Assembly (NCBI GenBank): GCA_030704615.1
Contig: CM060732.1
Span: forward strand, 6,634,001 to 6,698,000
DNA length: 64,000 nucleotides
Reading direction: 5' to 3'
From: Takakia lepidozioides
Taxonomy: Eukaryota; Plantae; Bryophyta
In this document: one piece after another, positions 1-12,167 of the stretch
Layout of the letters: each line of letters starts with the position of its first letter
How positions within the stretch are numbered: the first letter of the stretch is position 1
Made by a program: the position numbers and the translations under genes
Notes under the pieces: model-generated
The model's input: the letters and a program-made list of their open reading frames with translations, nothing else
Database searches by the model: none
What the model was told of the DNA's origin: nothing

Positions 1-15
1 AGGTACTCTGGGGCG

Positions 16-1371
16 GTGGGCACCATCGAGTTGGATGATTTTATCCAAGAGTTTGATAGTTGGTGTGATTTGCAGCAAATGCGCAATCCACAACTATTTA
101 CGCATTTCATGGCATGGAAGGGGCTGTTTCAGCACCTTGAGGGGCCGCCTATGGATGATTACCATGAATTCAGGCGGGGGCATGAGGTTGAGATCAAGGA
201 GTGGAGGATGTACTGGTCACCCGACTATGTCTCCATCACTAGGGGCACTAGAGCCACGAGGGCAATGGCTATACCTGCCATTGCACCGGCTGCTTCAACA
301 AGCAGCAGTGGGACTAGTGGGACTGGTGGTACCGTAGCTACGACGTCCACCCAAGCCACTACCGCACTAGCACCAGTACCCGTGTCTGCCTTCAACCATG
401 TTGTGGAGTTCTTCAAAGAGTTAAGAGGGAACTACCAAGGGGTGAGGACAGAGAAGTTGCGGAGCTTGCAAGAGTTCCAACGGAAGCCTACTAAGAGCTT
501 GAGGGAGGCTTTCACTCGCATGAGGCGCTTGATAAATGTAACCCAAGGGGTTACGGAAGCTCAGGCAGTCCAATTCTGGTATGGGATATTGGACAAGGAG
601 TTGAGGAGAAGGGTGCGGGATGCAACTCTCCTACAAGTGGCCCAACCCATTTTAGCAAATGTGTTTTTGCTGGCAGAGCGGATAGAGCTCAACATGGTGG
701 AGGAACGAGTGGTCATGGTGGGATTTGCTAAGGAGACACCACGGGGTAGTGGTGCTCCTAGCCAACCACTATCTCAACATGCTCAACGCAACAAGGGGGT
801 CCAGGTGAAGCCCAGGGAAGGACAGATAGGACCTCAGATGCAGGGGTCTCTCCCATCATTTGCAGGCCAACAATGGGCGGAGGTGGTGTGTTGGACATGT
901 GGAGGATCCCATGTCAAGAAGGATTGCCCAAAGGGAGGCAAAGGGCTGGCATATGCACAGCCTGCACAGTTGCAGTGTGGGCATTGTGGCAAGCACGGGC
1001 ATGGAGAGGCCCAGTATTATGGTTTGCATCCTGAGTTGCGCCCAAACCAGTTCCAAGGGAACAATGGTAGCCGGGGGCGAGGTGGAGCAGCCCACAGAGG
1101 ACGAGGTGGCCAGACACGAGGTGCAGGCCAAGGGCAAGCTCAACATGGCCAAGGACGCGGAGGTCAGGGTGTTGACCAAGGCATGGCCAACCGGCTTCAG
1201 CAGCTAGAGCAAAGGCTCGCTGCCATGGCTACAGCTCAGGTGGTACCGGCTCCAAGGCCGGATGGTCCACCTCCTGCTCCTGAGGGAGGAGATATGGGAG
1301 GCATGGGATTCATGTGCGGAGCAGCACTACCACTAGTGCAGGTGGAGTCTGCTGCAGCCGTGACCCAATGA
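16..1371 (+). pseudogene. gag: Ty3/gypsy-type Gag-like ORF (retrotransposon remnant)
   Basis: Capsid-like region (LRSLQEFQRKPTKSLREAFTRMRRL), Zn knuckles CWTCGGSHVKKDC and degenerate CGHCGKHGHGEAQY, RG-rich tail; followed by a protease ORF. Confidence 0.75.
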
Positions 1372-1404
1372 GCAGCACGAGTTCCTAAGCCACGAGGTGC
1401 AGAG

Positions 1405-2560
1405 GTGGAGTTGGATCCACAACGTGGGGAGGCAAGCCGTCAGGCTAGGCTTCCTCAGTCATTCACATTGGCGGAGACATTGTCGATGTCATCCATGGCA
1501 CCTAGTTCTCGCCCGACTGTTACTGAGGCGGAGGTTACTATGTCATTGGGGAGAGCTACACGGGCAGCATCACTACCTAGTGTTGCCAAGGCTATGGCAG
1601 CTAGTGTGCTACTGGGAGCGGCCACATCTGTGTGTCAGGCTCCATTGTTCTCGGCTACCATGATTGCGACGCCGGGGGTAAGACCAACTGAGGTGTTCAG
1701 GCTGGCAGCTACACTCTGTGAGAGTGGGAAGGTTACTTCATCTTCTGCGGAGATAGTGGGAGGTGTAGTGCCGGAGGGATCCTCGGATTTGAGGGTCAAG
1801 ACTGCCACGGCGGCGCCATGGCAAGCTGCAGCTGCCAGGTTGATGGAGCTGCCAGCTAGGCCAGCCATTGAGCGCGTCATGGTGACACCTGGAGTTGTCA
1901 TGTTAGACAACCAGGATGGCATTTTATGTTTGAGTGGACATTCAGACAAGAGGTACTGGCACTGCGGGTCTTATTGGACTCGGGAGCTCAGCTATTGATG
2001 CTAGGCAGAGCTGCTATTGCAGGCTTGGGCCTCACGGAGGCGGATATGGAGCCTTGTTCTTTCCAGATAGAGACGTCTTTGGGAGCATTGGAGCAAGCTC
2101 GGGGCATGACACGGCGTGAGTTGGCTATCAGACTACGGCCGGATCACCCTACAGATGGCTCAGTGATGCGAGCCAAGGCCATTGTGAAAGACGCGGTCTC
2201 GTACGATGTTCTGGTTGGTGGGGCAGTGTTGTACCCCATGGGCTTCACCCTAGATTTTTGGGAGGAGTCAGCTTCCTATAGGCCTGGATGGCAGTCAGGG
2301 GAGGGCCGGCGTGTGCAGCTCCCTGTGACATTCATAGGAGGAGTTGCGGTTGCCCAGCAAGGCAAGATGCCGACACTAGCAGCATTCACAGCTGCAGTGA
2401 GTTGGCCTGGAGAGTTGCTTGAGGGCAACGCTCATTCAAAGGATGTGTCACCTCCGGGAGAGCAGGATGACATGCATGGTATGGCGGAGTTGCCTGCCAT
2501 GATTGCTCAGACTCCATTGTGGGGCACGAACAAGGATTTGCAGCAAGTTGCTGATCGACG
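1405..2560 (+). pseudogene. Retrotransposon Gag-Pol continuation with aspartic protease, frameshifted and truncated
   Basis: VLLDSGA protease active-site motif and YDVLVGG in ORF 1926..2582; sequence switches to another element at ~2560. Confidence 0.7.
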
Positions 2561-2561
2561 G

Positions 2562-3657
2562 GTGCAAAGGTTGAGACAGTAGAGCAGGAGAAACTTATTG
2601 CTGAGCTGAAGGCTACTCTCCGTCGCAATGAGGATACTTTCCAACAGTATAGTCAGGTTGAGACTGAGAAGGAAAGGTTCATCCTGCAGTTGCAGCAATC
2701 ACTCACGGGCCACAAGAATGAACTCTTTGTGGCTAACAAGGCTTGGAAGGAAGCCAATAATCTGGCTGCTGCCTATGCGGGCCTGGTTGAACCTCATGCG
2801 AAGCGCATGAAGGCCTTACAACAGTAGTTAGATGTGTACAGACTTAAGGAGGAGGAGGCTCTCCGGGGTGCTACACAGGACTTGGTGGATAATCATCTTA
2901 TGCAAGTATGGTTAACACAAGAGCCGGTGGAAAGGAAAGCACCACAAAAGCTCACTCAGGGGGAGATGAATGATCTCAAGTTGCAGATGCAGAACATTGC
3001 CACAACTACTATAGACAATGTCTATAGTAGGATAGCAGAGTTACAGGATGATGTGGAAGGGCTGCAGACTCAAGTAGATGACTTGAGTTCCAACATTGAC
3101 AAACGAGTCTTTGTTCTTGAGGATCACCTGGTGGCTACTTATTTGCATGCCAGAACCCTGGTTTTTCAGTCTTCATCACAAGAGGTACAAGAAATGCAAG
3201 TAATAGGAGGGACAGTGGCGGCAATATCACAGCCCACACAGCTGGTGGCTGTGCAAGTGGCTGACACTGTTGATACCGTGGCAATGCCACAGGCTGAGGT
3301 TTTGGGGGGATACTGCTTTTCACCCACCTAGGACTCCTGCTGCACTGGAGTACAATCGGGCTATGATTATGCCCTTCAACCAAATTCCCATTGTGATGGA
3401 TTTGGCTTGGAAGGAATTCAGTCCCCCACAGTCTTTGGCACATTATTACCAGATCATGCGCATTTGGTTGCAAGTGGCAACTAGGACTAAGGTTCTTCCG
3501 AACAATTGACCCATTGAGGATCATCATTTTGCAAGGTACTAGTCTGAGGCAGGCATCATGCTGAGGGAATTAATTGTCTTTCAGGTTGTTCATGGGTACA
3601 TCTACACCAAAACCAAAGAGGTATCTAGTATTGTCATGGGCTGTGGATTGTACTATG
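2562..3657 (+). pseudogene. Fragment of the extra (post-pol) ORF of the LTR family; target of the insertion at 3658
   Basis: Directly homologous to 5370-6460 on the minus strand (NRAMIMPFNQIPIVMDLAWKEFSPPQSLAHYYQIMRIWL); several stops; cut at GLYY by an LTR. Confidence 0.85.
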
Positions 3658-4610
3658 TGTCGAGCAGCTTTTACTCACCCATCCCTTTGCTATCCGAGGT
3701 GGAAACTCCAAGATAGAAGAGTTGGATAGCTCCAAGCACTCAGCCCGGTCAGAACAATCAGTCATGACCTACAGCTAGTGAATCATGGTTGTGCTTCCTA
3801 TTTGTATTCCTTCTTGCCTTCATGTTAGCAAATTACCTTACTGTGTATACTGAAGCATCAGATTGCTTCAATGTCTACCAGCTTCCATTCACTCATCCAT
3901 TCATTCCATAGCTTCACTCATGTCTCTCTATACAGTGTGATTGTTTCGAATAAGTATCAGATTAAGATTTATCAGGTATCAGGCTGAAGCCATTGTGTCG
4001 TTAATTTGCTCTATAGTATCACTACAACTTTGCATGTAACAAGCATCTACTGTTCATCTCTCCTCCTTCACCGTGCTCACCATCTTTGCTCCCGTTCTTG
4101 CTCTCTGCCTCTTCTTCTCCCATGAATCACCAAGAAGTGCCCCCGTGAAGTGTCCCCTATGATGCTTGCTCTGCCTATTTTATCCACAAGCTGTTCTAAC
4201 CGCCTAACTAACTAACTGTCACCTAAGAAGTAACACGTTCCCTCTACAGATGTCGTTCCCACACAGTCGTTCTTTGCCAATGATAACCGTTCCTATGTAC
4301 GATGTGATAGGCTGCGCCAAACTGTGTCGGGCTGTGACTGTGCCTAGCTGTGACTGACTGTGTCGGGCTGTGATAGGCTGTGACGGGCTGTGACTGGCTG
4401 TGTCAGGCTGTGTCAGGCTGTGAGTCTGTTTGTGTCGGACTGTGTCGGGCTGTGACTGGCTATGTAAGCCTGTCTACTCCCCCCTAAAGCCTGCGCCTGT
4501 CACCCCTAAGGCCTCTGTTGGTCTAAGTCTACCATCCGTAAGTCTGGCAAAAATTAAGGGTATCCCACAGAACCCATAAAAGTGTCTAAGTCCCAGACAG
4601 CCCTCTAACA
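3658..4610 (-). repeat. 3' LTR of copy 1 (~953 bp, TG...CA)
   Basis: Minus strand begins TGTTAGAGGGCTGTCTGGGAC at 4610 and ends GCTCGACA at 3658; homologous to 46515-47516. Confidence 0.9.
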
Positions 4611-4628
4611 TTACCCCTCCCCCTCTCA
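4611..4628 (-). promoter_or_regulatory. Polypurine tract
   Basis: GAGAGGGGGAGGGGTAA immediately upstream of the 3' LTR on the minus strand. Confidence 0.85.
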
Positions 4629-4651
4629 AAAAGTCGTGTCCTCACGGTTTA

Positions 4652-7600
4652 CTATTTAGGATCAGCAAACCGTTGTGAGCGAGCACCCTTCTGACGGTGA
4701 GAATCCCTTGGAGGGCTCTGTGTGCAAGCCCGAGCCCTGTCACTGGATGATGAAGACGATTGAGTACCAAACCGAAATGTCTGACCCTCCTGTGGTTGAT
4801 AACGAGGTAACCTCTCAGGCATAGGAGATCCCCGCCGTTTCTTCTCTACCATCTATAGTGCGTAGTCCTCCGCCATGTCAAAAGGTTCATCTGTAGAACC
4901 AGTAGTATCAGAATCATCTTCCCCCCCGAGGTGTTTTGGTGGCCAAACCTTAAGTGGATCCTCAAGAATCCTGCATGGCATGCAATGCTGGCCCACCATG
5001 TCTGGAAGCTTGAACTGGACTACTTGCTTTAATCGCTTGCAAGCAAAATGAGTGAATTCCCTGAACTCCTTGGCCGTATAGGTGAGAGGTGTGCCAATGA
5101 TGTTGGAACATTGTAAGTATTTCCATGCTTCATGTCCCATATATAAAATATCATTAGGGCTCAATTTTTCTTTGGCCAAGCTGTTCCAAGCCAAATTAAA
5201 CCATGAACGAAGCAGGGAATCCTTCTGCATCATGAGTTTTGCATCATATAGATTCATATGAGGTGGAACTGAAGGTAAGACCCAATGATCTCCACTGGAA
5301 TAACTCAGAAATCTTGACTGCATCTTCTGCTGCTCAATGTGATAACGTGCAAGGAAACAAGCAGCATAGTACAATCCACAGCCCATGACAATACTAGATA
5401 CCTCCTTAGTCTTGGTGTAGATGTATCCATGAACAACCTGGAAGACAATTAATTCCTTCAACATGGTGCCTGCCTCATACCAGTACCTTGCAAAATGATG
5501 ATCCTCAATGGGTCGATTGTTCAAGAGAACCTTAGTCCGAGTTGCCACTGGCAACCAAATGCGCATGATCTGGTAATAATGTGCCAAAGACTGTGGAGGA
5601 CTGAATTCCTTCCAAGCCAAATCCATCACAATGGGAATTTGGTTGAAGGGCATAATCATAGCCTGATTGTACTCCCGCGCAGTAGGAGTCCTAGGTGGGT
5701 TGAAAGCAGCATCCTCCCAAACCTCAGCCTGCGACTGCGCCATGGTATCAACAGTGTCAGCCACCTGCACAGCCACCCGCTGTGGAGGTTATGATATTGC
5801 CGCCGCTGTCCCTCCTACCACTGGCAACTCTTGCACCTCCTGTGATGAAGACTAGAAAATAAGAGTCTTGGCATGCAAATAAGTAGCCACCAGCTGCTCC
5901 TCAGGAACAAAGACTCTTTTGCCAATATTGGAACTCAAGTCATCCACTTGAGTCTACAGGCCTTCCACATCATCTTGTAACTCCGCTATCCTACTATAGA
6001 CATTGTCTATAGTAGTTGTGGCAATGTTCTGTACCTGCAATCTGAGATCATTCATTCTCCCCCTGAGTGAGCTTTCGTGGTGCCTTCCCTTCCACCAGCC
6101 CTTCTGTTAACCATACTTGCTTAAGATGATTATTCACCAAGTCCTGTGTAGCACCCTTGAGAGCCTGCTCCTCCTTGAGTTTGTACACATGTAACTGCTG
6201 CTGTAAAGCCTCCATGCGCTTTGCATGAGGTTCAACCAGGGCCGCATAGGCAGCAGCCAAATTATTGGCTTCTTTCCGAGCCTTGTTAGCCACAGAGAGT
6301 TCATTCTTATGGACCATGAGTGTTTGCTGCAACTCCAAGATGTACCTTTCTTTCTCAGCCTCAACCTGACTGTACTGTTGGAAAGTATTTTCATTACGAC
6401 AAATTGTAGCCTTCAAATCAACAATGAGTTTCCCTTGTTAGTATTATCTCAGCTTCTGCCATCATACATCTCTCTCCTTGTCTGTTAACTTCTAATGCAG
6501 TTTGCTCTAGAGCAGTTGTTAGTGTGGCACATTGTATGGTCATTCTCTGATGAACTGCTTTCAATTCCATATGGAGTACCTTCACTTCCTGCAATTTGCC
6601 CTCATGCTTCACCTGCAATTGGTATAGCTGCTGCTTATGTGCTTCATGCAACTTCTCCTGCTCCAGACCCACTTCAATCAGATTCCCCCTTGCTAGCTGC
6701 AGGGCAGCCTTGGTGTCCTCCAATTCTTTCTGCAACTTGAGGTTGGCCTCCACATCCACCTTGTTTGCACACTCAGTGGCAATTCTAGCCTCAAACTCCT
6801 GCTTGAGTTCCTCTCTCAAAGCTGCCAATTGTGTAGATGGAACATGAGATTTCACATATGTGCCCAACAAATTGAGTGTTATGCTTATGGAACTCATAAG
6901 CATGGCCTGCTGTGGGTCTTCATGGGAACCCTATTGGTGGTCACCCTGATTCTCCACAGTGTGATGTTTCACCAACCATTCAGGCCATGTTCCCACAAAA
7001 TCTTCGTCCTGAACGACCTCATTCTCCACAGGTGCTGCAATGCCCCCACCTTCTACCTTTGGAACTTCCTCCACAGGTTCGAGCATCACATGCATAGCAG
7101 GAATTTCCTTGGTCAAACTCGGCATCTTTGGCACCACTGGTTCCCTGCCCAAGCCAGAGTTTTCATAGAGAAGGTCCCCCTTCTCAATTTTTGCCACTAC
7201 CTGCTTTGTAGTGGGAATGTCCAGCCCTTCTCTTTCGAGAGCAATAGGCTTTGGTGTAACAGCATATACTATCTGAGTGACCCCCAAAACAATTGAGTCA
7301 ACTGGCTGTGATGGCTGTGGTACTGAGGTGACTTCTTCCTCCCTCTCCACAGGCCGTGCTTCAAGTAACAACAGCCCTCTCTGCTGCTGTTCCCCATCCT
7401 GCACAAGAACTATGGAAACATCATCTTGTGGTTTCCTTGAAGCTAGTGGATCTGCCGCAGTCATATCCCGCTTCTGCCTCTTGGACTGATGCTGCCCCTC
7501 CAACCCAGCTTCACCATGTGAAGAGCCCTGCTCCTCAATTGTAGTGGTTGCTGTCTCAAACACTCCCATCTCCTTGCGTTCACGCGCATCAAGCAAACAA

Positions 7601-8860
7601 GAGTCAAGAATCATTTGCACAATGACTGGGCCAGACACAATGATCGAAGACTTAGCAGCAGTGCCTTGTAACCGCTTCATCTCTTCCACCAAACCATTGT
7701 ACATTAAGTCTGCCCAAGCCACATCTTTCCCAATCAAGGCTTTCAGTATCTCCTCCGTGAACGATCTGCTAAGGTATTGTTGGTTTTGTTTCATGGCAAA
7801 CAGAACATTCAGAACCTGACCAACTTCTTTTAACCCTGGGTACTCGGCCTTGGTGCAAGTTTAACCCTGAGTCTTAAAGAAACTCCCTTCTTGGAACAAA
7901 TTGCCTATCTGCAATCTTGCCTTGTGCTCATTTACATTTACACGGCCTGATGGCAATTCAAACAATTGTTGCAAGTATTGGGGAGTAATCTCTATATCTA
8001 CTCCCCTCACTTGTGTAACTCTTGTCTGAGGTTCAAAGTTCTGAATGAATTGTATCATGAACACCCTATGATGCAAGGACCATTCCTTGCGTAGTAGTCC
8101 TTCCAATCGCAACTCCTTCAACAGCTGCACAGCCTGAGGTGTAGCAATTGTCTGCTTCTGCAGAATCGTGGTGCTCTTCACCCTGACATCCTCCATTCCC
8201 CGAATTCTCTTCATTCCAGACAAACAAGATGGCCTTGTTTGAAATAGCTCTAGGAAAGCTTGCAAGGCGTAGAGCATAAAAGTATGGTTGGCACAGAAAG
8301 GAACGGGTAAGTGCATGTAAGCCTGTGGAGCTTGCAAGTATCGAGTAAGAGAGAATGTACTCTCAACCCGTTCGTCCTTGCGCCACTGTGTAAGAAGTAA
8401 AGCGAGCGTATAATCTGTAATATCCGCCATAGCTACAAAATTATAGCTTTGATTGCCCCTCCCGTCGAGACACTGGTTATTCGGAGCCACCCCGACTCTT
8501 CCGCTCATAACTCTTCTAATTTCTTGTTCTTGTTTCTTGGAGGGAGCCACCTGCATGAAATTCTCGCTCCTGATTGGCTGTTGCCTCCTTGGGTAACTTC
8601 TTAATTTTACCCCCCTCAGTGGACATTCCCACCTGGAATGTCCACTAGGATAGCACATGTGGCAAAAGTCCCCTTTTTTGTACTCGTAAAGGGTTCCGTT
8701 ACCTTTGCCTTGAATGCATTAATGGCCCACAAATAGTTTTGGTTGATGTACCGGGTAGGTACCTTGACGGCCCAATTTGTCCTCTTGCATGATGACACCC
8801 TCTTTTGCAATATATGCCCCGTGGTGTGCTTCGCCCTAGTGGTCACGTGTCTGTTCTTAG
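4652..8860 (-). pseudogene. Long extra ORF downstream of pol: Zn knuckle, plant-transposon (Transposase_32-like) domain, coiled coil; frameshifted
   Basis: ORFs 7861-8658, 6931-7794, 6418-6903, 6048-6416 and 4853-5776 are collinear in the pol sense; motif FIQNF...VRGVDIEITP..L..LFELP; heptad-rich region; also present in copy 2. Confidence 0.65.
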
Positions 8861-9249
8861 ACACGCCTCCGTCTCCCCCTGTCCTCGTGGCACATTCTCC
8901 GAATCTTACTTCCTAGCTGTCCTTTCACTTGCCGGCCACTTTTCTGACGTTAACCCGTATCCACCTGTCACTGACCCTATGGACTGTGCAACCTGCGTGG
9001 GCTATGTTGGGCTCTGACAGACTGTGTCAAACTGTGATGGGCTGTGATGGGCTGTGATAAGCTGTGTGATGCTGCGGTGGGTTGTGATAACTGTGCGAAC
9101 ACCCGTTTCTCCGCTCAGGCCATACACATTCGGCTTCACGACAAGTGCTTCATGCTCTGTTGGTATTACCGGTGCAGCCCGTGACTGTTTCTGTGTTTCA
9201 ATATGCAAATCGTGTTGCAATGGTTTGTCATGGATACCACTGTATCCCT

Positions 9250-12167
9250 TCAACTTATTGGCATTGACTCTTCCCAGCATCTCTTTGTTAATGGTTTGTA
9301 ACATGGCTGTGTGTTTATATACATCTTCTGTATGACATAAGGTCCTTTACATAGTGATTTAAGCTTAGAAGCCTTAATCTTCCCCTTCTTCTGCAACCAC
9401 AAAACCAAATCACCCGTCTTAAAAGTTTTCAGTTTACCTTCATCAAATTGATCCTTCCTCTTCATCTGAATTCTGGTCATGTTATCTGCTGCATCAGCAC
9501 GTACTTCTTCCACATGATATAATTCATGTTTCCTGACTTTAATTGAATCCTCCAATTACATTCTCCTTCCCCATTCAGTTCTCATGGTAGGTAACAAGAA
9601 CTCCATTGGTAGTAAAGATTCCATACCATAAACTAATTGGAATGGTGTATACTTGGTTGTGACTTTATATGAAGTTCTGTATGACCACAAAGCTGTCAGA
9701 AGCTTTGTATCCCAATCTGTTCTGTTTGCATTGACTATCTTAGCCAAGATAGTGCATAGTATTTTATTTGTGGCCTCTGCCTGCCCATTACCCTGTGGGT
9801 AATAGGTTGTACTTTTCCTGTGCACAATCATGAACTCTTTAGTCAATAATTCTATAGTCTCGTTAATGAAGTGACCTCCCTGGTCACTAATAAATTCCAG
9901 GGGACAGCCAAATCTTGTGAGTATGTTCTCATACAGGAATCTTGCTGTGGACTTAGCTGTGTTGTCCCTCAGCGCCTTAGCTTCCACCCACTTTGTAGTA
10001 TAATCCGTGGCTGTGATTATATACTTGTTCTGTGTATTTCTGGCTGGTGGGTTAATTGGTCCAACGAAGTCTACTCCATCATTTCTGAAATGGTTCAGTA
10101 GGCATCGTAGGATGCAAAGTCATCTTCCCAGATCTCTGCAATGGTCCTAGCCTCTGACACTCATCACAACTTTTGCAATATTTGTGTACATCCTTGAACA
10201 AAGTAGGTCACCAGTAACCTGCTAGTAGTATCTTTCTACTGGTAGTCTCTTCTCTAAAATGACCTCCAGCCACTCCTTTATGAACTTCCTCCAAAACTTT
10301 ATTTACTTCATGGTGGTACAAGCATCGTTTAAGAACTCCATCAGGTCCTAGCTTATACATTCTGCCACCTATCATAGTGTAAGGTAAAGCCTTGATAGCT
10401 ATTCTCTTCCTCTGCTCCTTCCCATAACTAAGTGGGCACTGACCATGAGTAAGGTAGTATCTGATTGGCCATTGCCAATCTAACCAATCATCTGCACTTC
10501 CCTGCACCTCCACTGCAAATAAACTCGCATCAGGTAGTTGGTCGTCTACTCCCATGGCAGGCTCTCCTATTGATAGGCATGACAAGTGATCTGCCACAAG
10601 ATGCAAACGGCCAAGCTTGTAAACAACTTCGAACTCGAACTCGTGCAAGATTATTAACCATCTTGCTATCCTGCCACTTATCAAAGGCTTTTTCACCAGA
10701 TAAATCAGAGCCTGATGATCCACATAAAACCTGAACTTCCTTCCCAATAAGTAATGCCTGAATTTCTTGACTGCATAAATCATTGCCAATGCTTCCCTTT
10801 CAGTTGTGCTATAGTTCCTTTCAGCACTATTCATCAACCTGCTAGCATAGTACACAGGTGAATCTATGTTTCCCGTAATATTCTGGGCTAACACTAGCAC
10901 CCAATGCTTCTCCCGAGGCATCACACTGAACATGAAATACTACATGCCAGTGAGGGTTAATCAGCACAGGTGTAGTTGTTACTGACAATGTAAGTTCCTC
11001 AAAAGCCTGCTAACATTCAGCTGTCCATGCAAACACTGCATCTTTCTTCAGAAGCTTGCTCAATGGTGCTGCTATCTGTGCATACCGTCTGACAAATCTT
11101 CTGTAATAACTGGTTTGTCCAAGGAATCTCCTTAGACTCTTAACATTTCCTGGTGGCGGAGAGGCTTTAATAGCCTCTGTTTTTCTGGGATCCACAAGAA
11201 GTCCCCTCTTACACACAATGTGTCCCAAAAGTACCCCTGAGTTCACACAGAAAGTACACTTTTCTGGATTCAGGCCCAGACCTCTCATCCTGCATCTGGC
11301 CAAACATAACTCCAATTTATGCAAGTGCTCATTCTTAGAACTGTACACACTGAAGTCATCTAAGAACACCTGCATGAAATCATCCAGATACTCATGGAAA
11401 GATTCACTTATCACTCTCTGAAAAGTTGCTGGTGCATTACAAAGTCCAAAAGGCATGACTTTGTATGCATAAGCACCCCAGTCTGTGATGAAAGTTGTCT
11501 TTCCCAGTTCAATCATATGCTGACAGATCTCAGGTGGTATCCCTTTCAGATCCTCATAGCTCCAAGCAAATACATCTCTGTATTTGATGAACAAACTCTT
11601 AGCTTCCTCAAAGAATTCTGGCTCCAAGTCAGCCCCTACTTTCACCATTCTCGGTTCCTCCTCAGTTCCCACATTCACTTCTCTCACGTGCTCATCACCT
11701 GTGATTGTCCAACCGGTCACTACTTCATCCTGTAAACTCACAGTGGCTGGTTCTTCTAGGATTTCCATTTCTCCCTCTCTTTCTTCATAGAAATGTGGTG
11801 GGTAACTGCTTGTTTCACCCTCAATTGGTGTTGCTGTTACTACACCACAGCAGATACCTTTTAAACAACTTAGGCCTTCCAGTTGCATTTTTGCAACCTG
11901 CTCCCACTCTGGGTATGCAGCGAACAGGGTAGCCTCCTGCTCCTCATCAAGTCCTTTCCTCCAGTCATACTCTCTGACTCCTCGAGGTCTTCTCGTAGCA
12001 GGTAGTCTACTAGGTTTCTTAGTGGTGATTTGTATTTTGCGCTTCCCATCATGCACAGTCAGTAACTGGGAATTCCAGTCATGGAATACCCTAGCCTGTT
12101 TCAGCCATGGTCGACCCAACAATAAGGAGTAAGCTTCCATGACATCATCCATTTTCAACACAGTCAC
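9250..12167 (-). pseudogene. pol: Pol (reverse transcriptase, RNase H, integrase), degenerate
   Basis: RT motifs MPFGLCNAPATFQ and FLDD; RNase H NYSTTEREALA, VDHQAL, ADHLS; integrase HHCC and ISDQG...YYPQGNGQAE; RT N-terminal part deleted (HMIEL joined to KTTF). Confidence 0.92.
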
